64,000 bases of DNA, taken from a virus (Duplodnaviria > Caudoviricetes). Positions 63,887-64,000 of this stretch are shown in pieces (the stretch's first letter is position 1; each line of letters opens with the position of its first letter). The position numbers and the translations under genes are program-made. Location of the stretch: the IMG/VR virus record IMGVR_UViG_3300032302_000065. One strand, written 5' to 3'. The notes beneath the pieces are model-generated. The model searched no databases, was not told the origin of the DNA, and saw only the letters and a list, made by a program, of their open reading frames with translations.

Positions 63887-64000
63887 TTATAGCTTGGACA
63901 GAAAATCTTTAAACACTTTTATCATGTTTTCTTCTAAATCTTTCTTAGAAGAAGTTTGAATAACTTGTTTTTGTCTTGCAACATCAACTTCTCTAATGAC
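63887..64000 (-). CDS. gp21: prohead protease C-terminus (partial)
   Basis: ...DLEENMIKVFKDFLSKL* directly upstream of gp22; position and typical C-terminal helix. Confidence 0.7.
   Translation of the reverse strand, partial: VIREVDVARQKQVIQTSSKKDLEENMIKVFKDFLSKL

Noticed and set aside
1-64000. tRNA genes, CRISPR arrays, integrase/att sites, alternative genetic code
   Set aside because: No cloverleaf or spaced repeat array was seen by eye, and core genes translate full length in the standard code; tRNAscan and CRISPR finders were not run.

Overview
This is a 64 kb AT-rich segment of a large lytic T4-like myophage (Tevenvirinae-like/'far-T4' type). The sigma70-type promoters, two-component spanin and host-like accessory genes suggest an aquatic Gram-negative, possibly betaproteobacterial, host (inference). 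Almost all genes are on the minus strand. Head module: gp21 C-terminus, gp22, gp23, gp3. Recombination and late transcription: uvsY, uvsW, gp55, gp47, gp46. Replisome: gp45, gp44, gp62, regA, gp43, uvsX, gp41, gp61. Nucleotide metabolism: thyX, nrdA, thioredoxin, nrdB, dCMP deaminase. Lysis genes are dispersed (GH19 endolysin, i/o-spanin). Stress/proteostasis genes: Hsp20, Dps, ClpP-like, peptide deformylase. I saw no tRNA, CRISPR array, integrase, intron or intein. The most interesting accessory loci are: (1) a plus-strand island ending in a PlcP-type phospholipase coupled to a GT2 glycosyltransferase, which looks like a phage-borne phospholipid-to-glycolipid remodelling (phosphate-scavenging) system; (2) a late-promoter block of apparently capsid-targeted, protease-processed proteins including a ligase-like KxDG nucleotidyltransferase, a HIGH nucleotidyltransferase and a modular polyprotein, next to a HAD phosphatase; (3) a GNAT/2OG-oxygenase + PLP enzyme + dCMP deaminase + amino-methyltransferase + XhoI/PaeR7I-like endonuclease cluster that suggests an undescribed DNA base-modification pathway; (4) several candidate cis-regulatory elements. 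All family calls come from motif recognition by eye; no searches were run.
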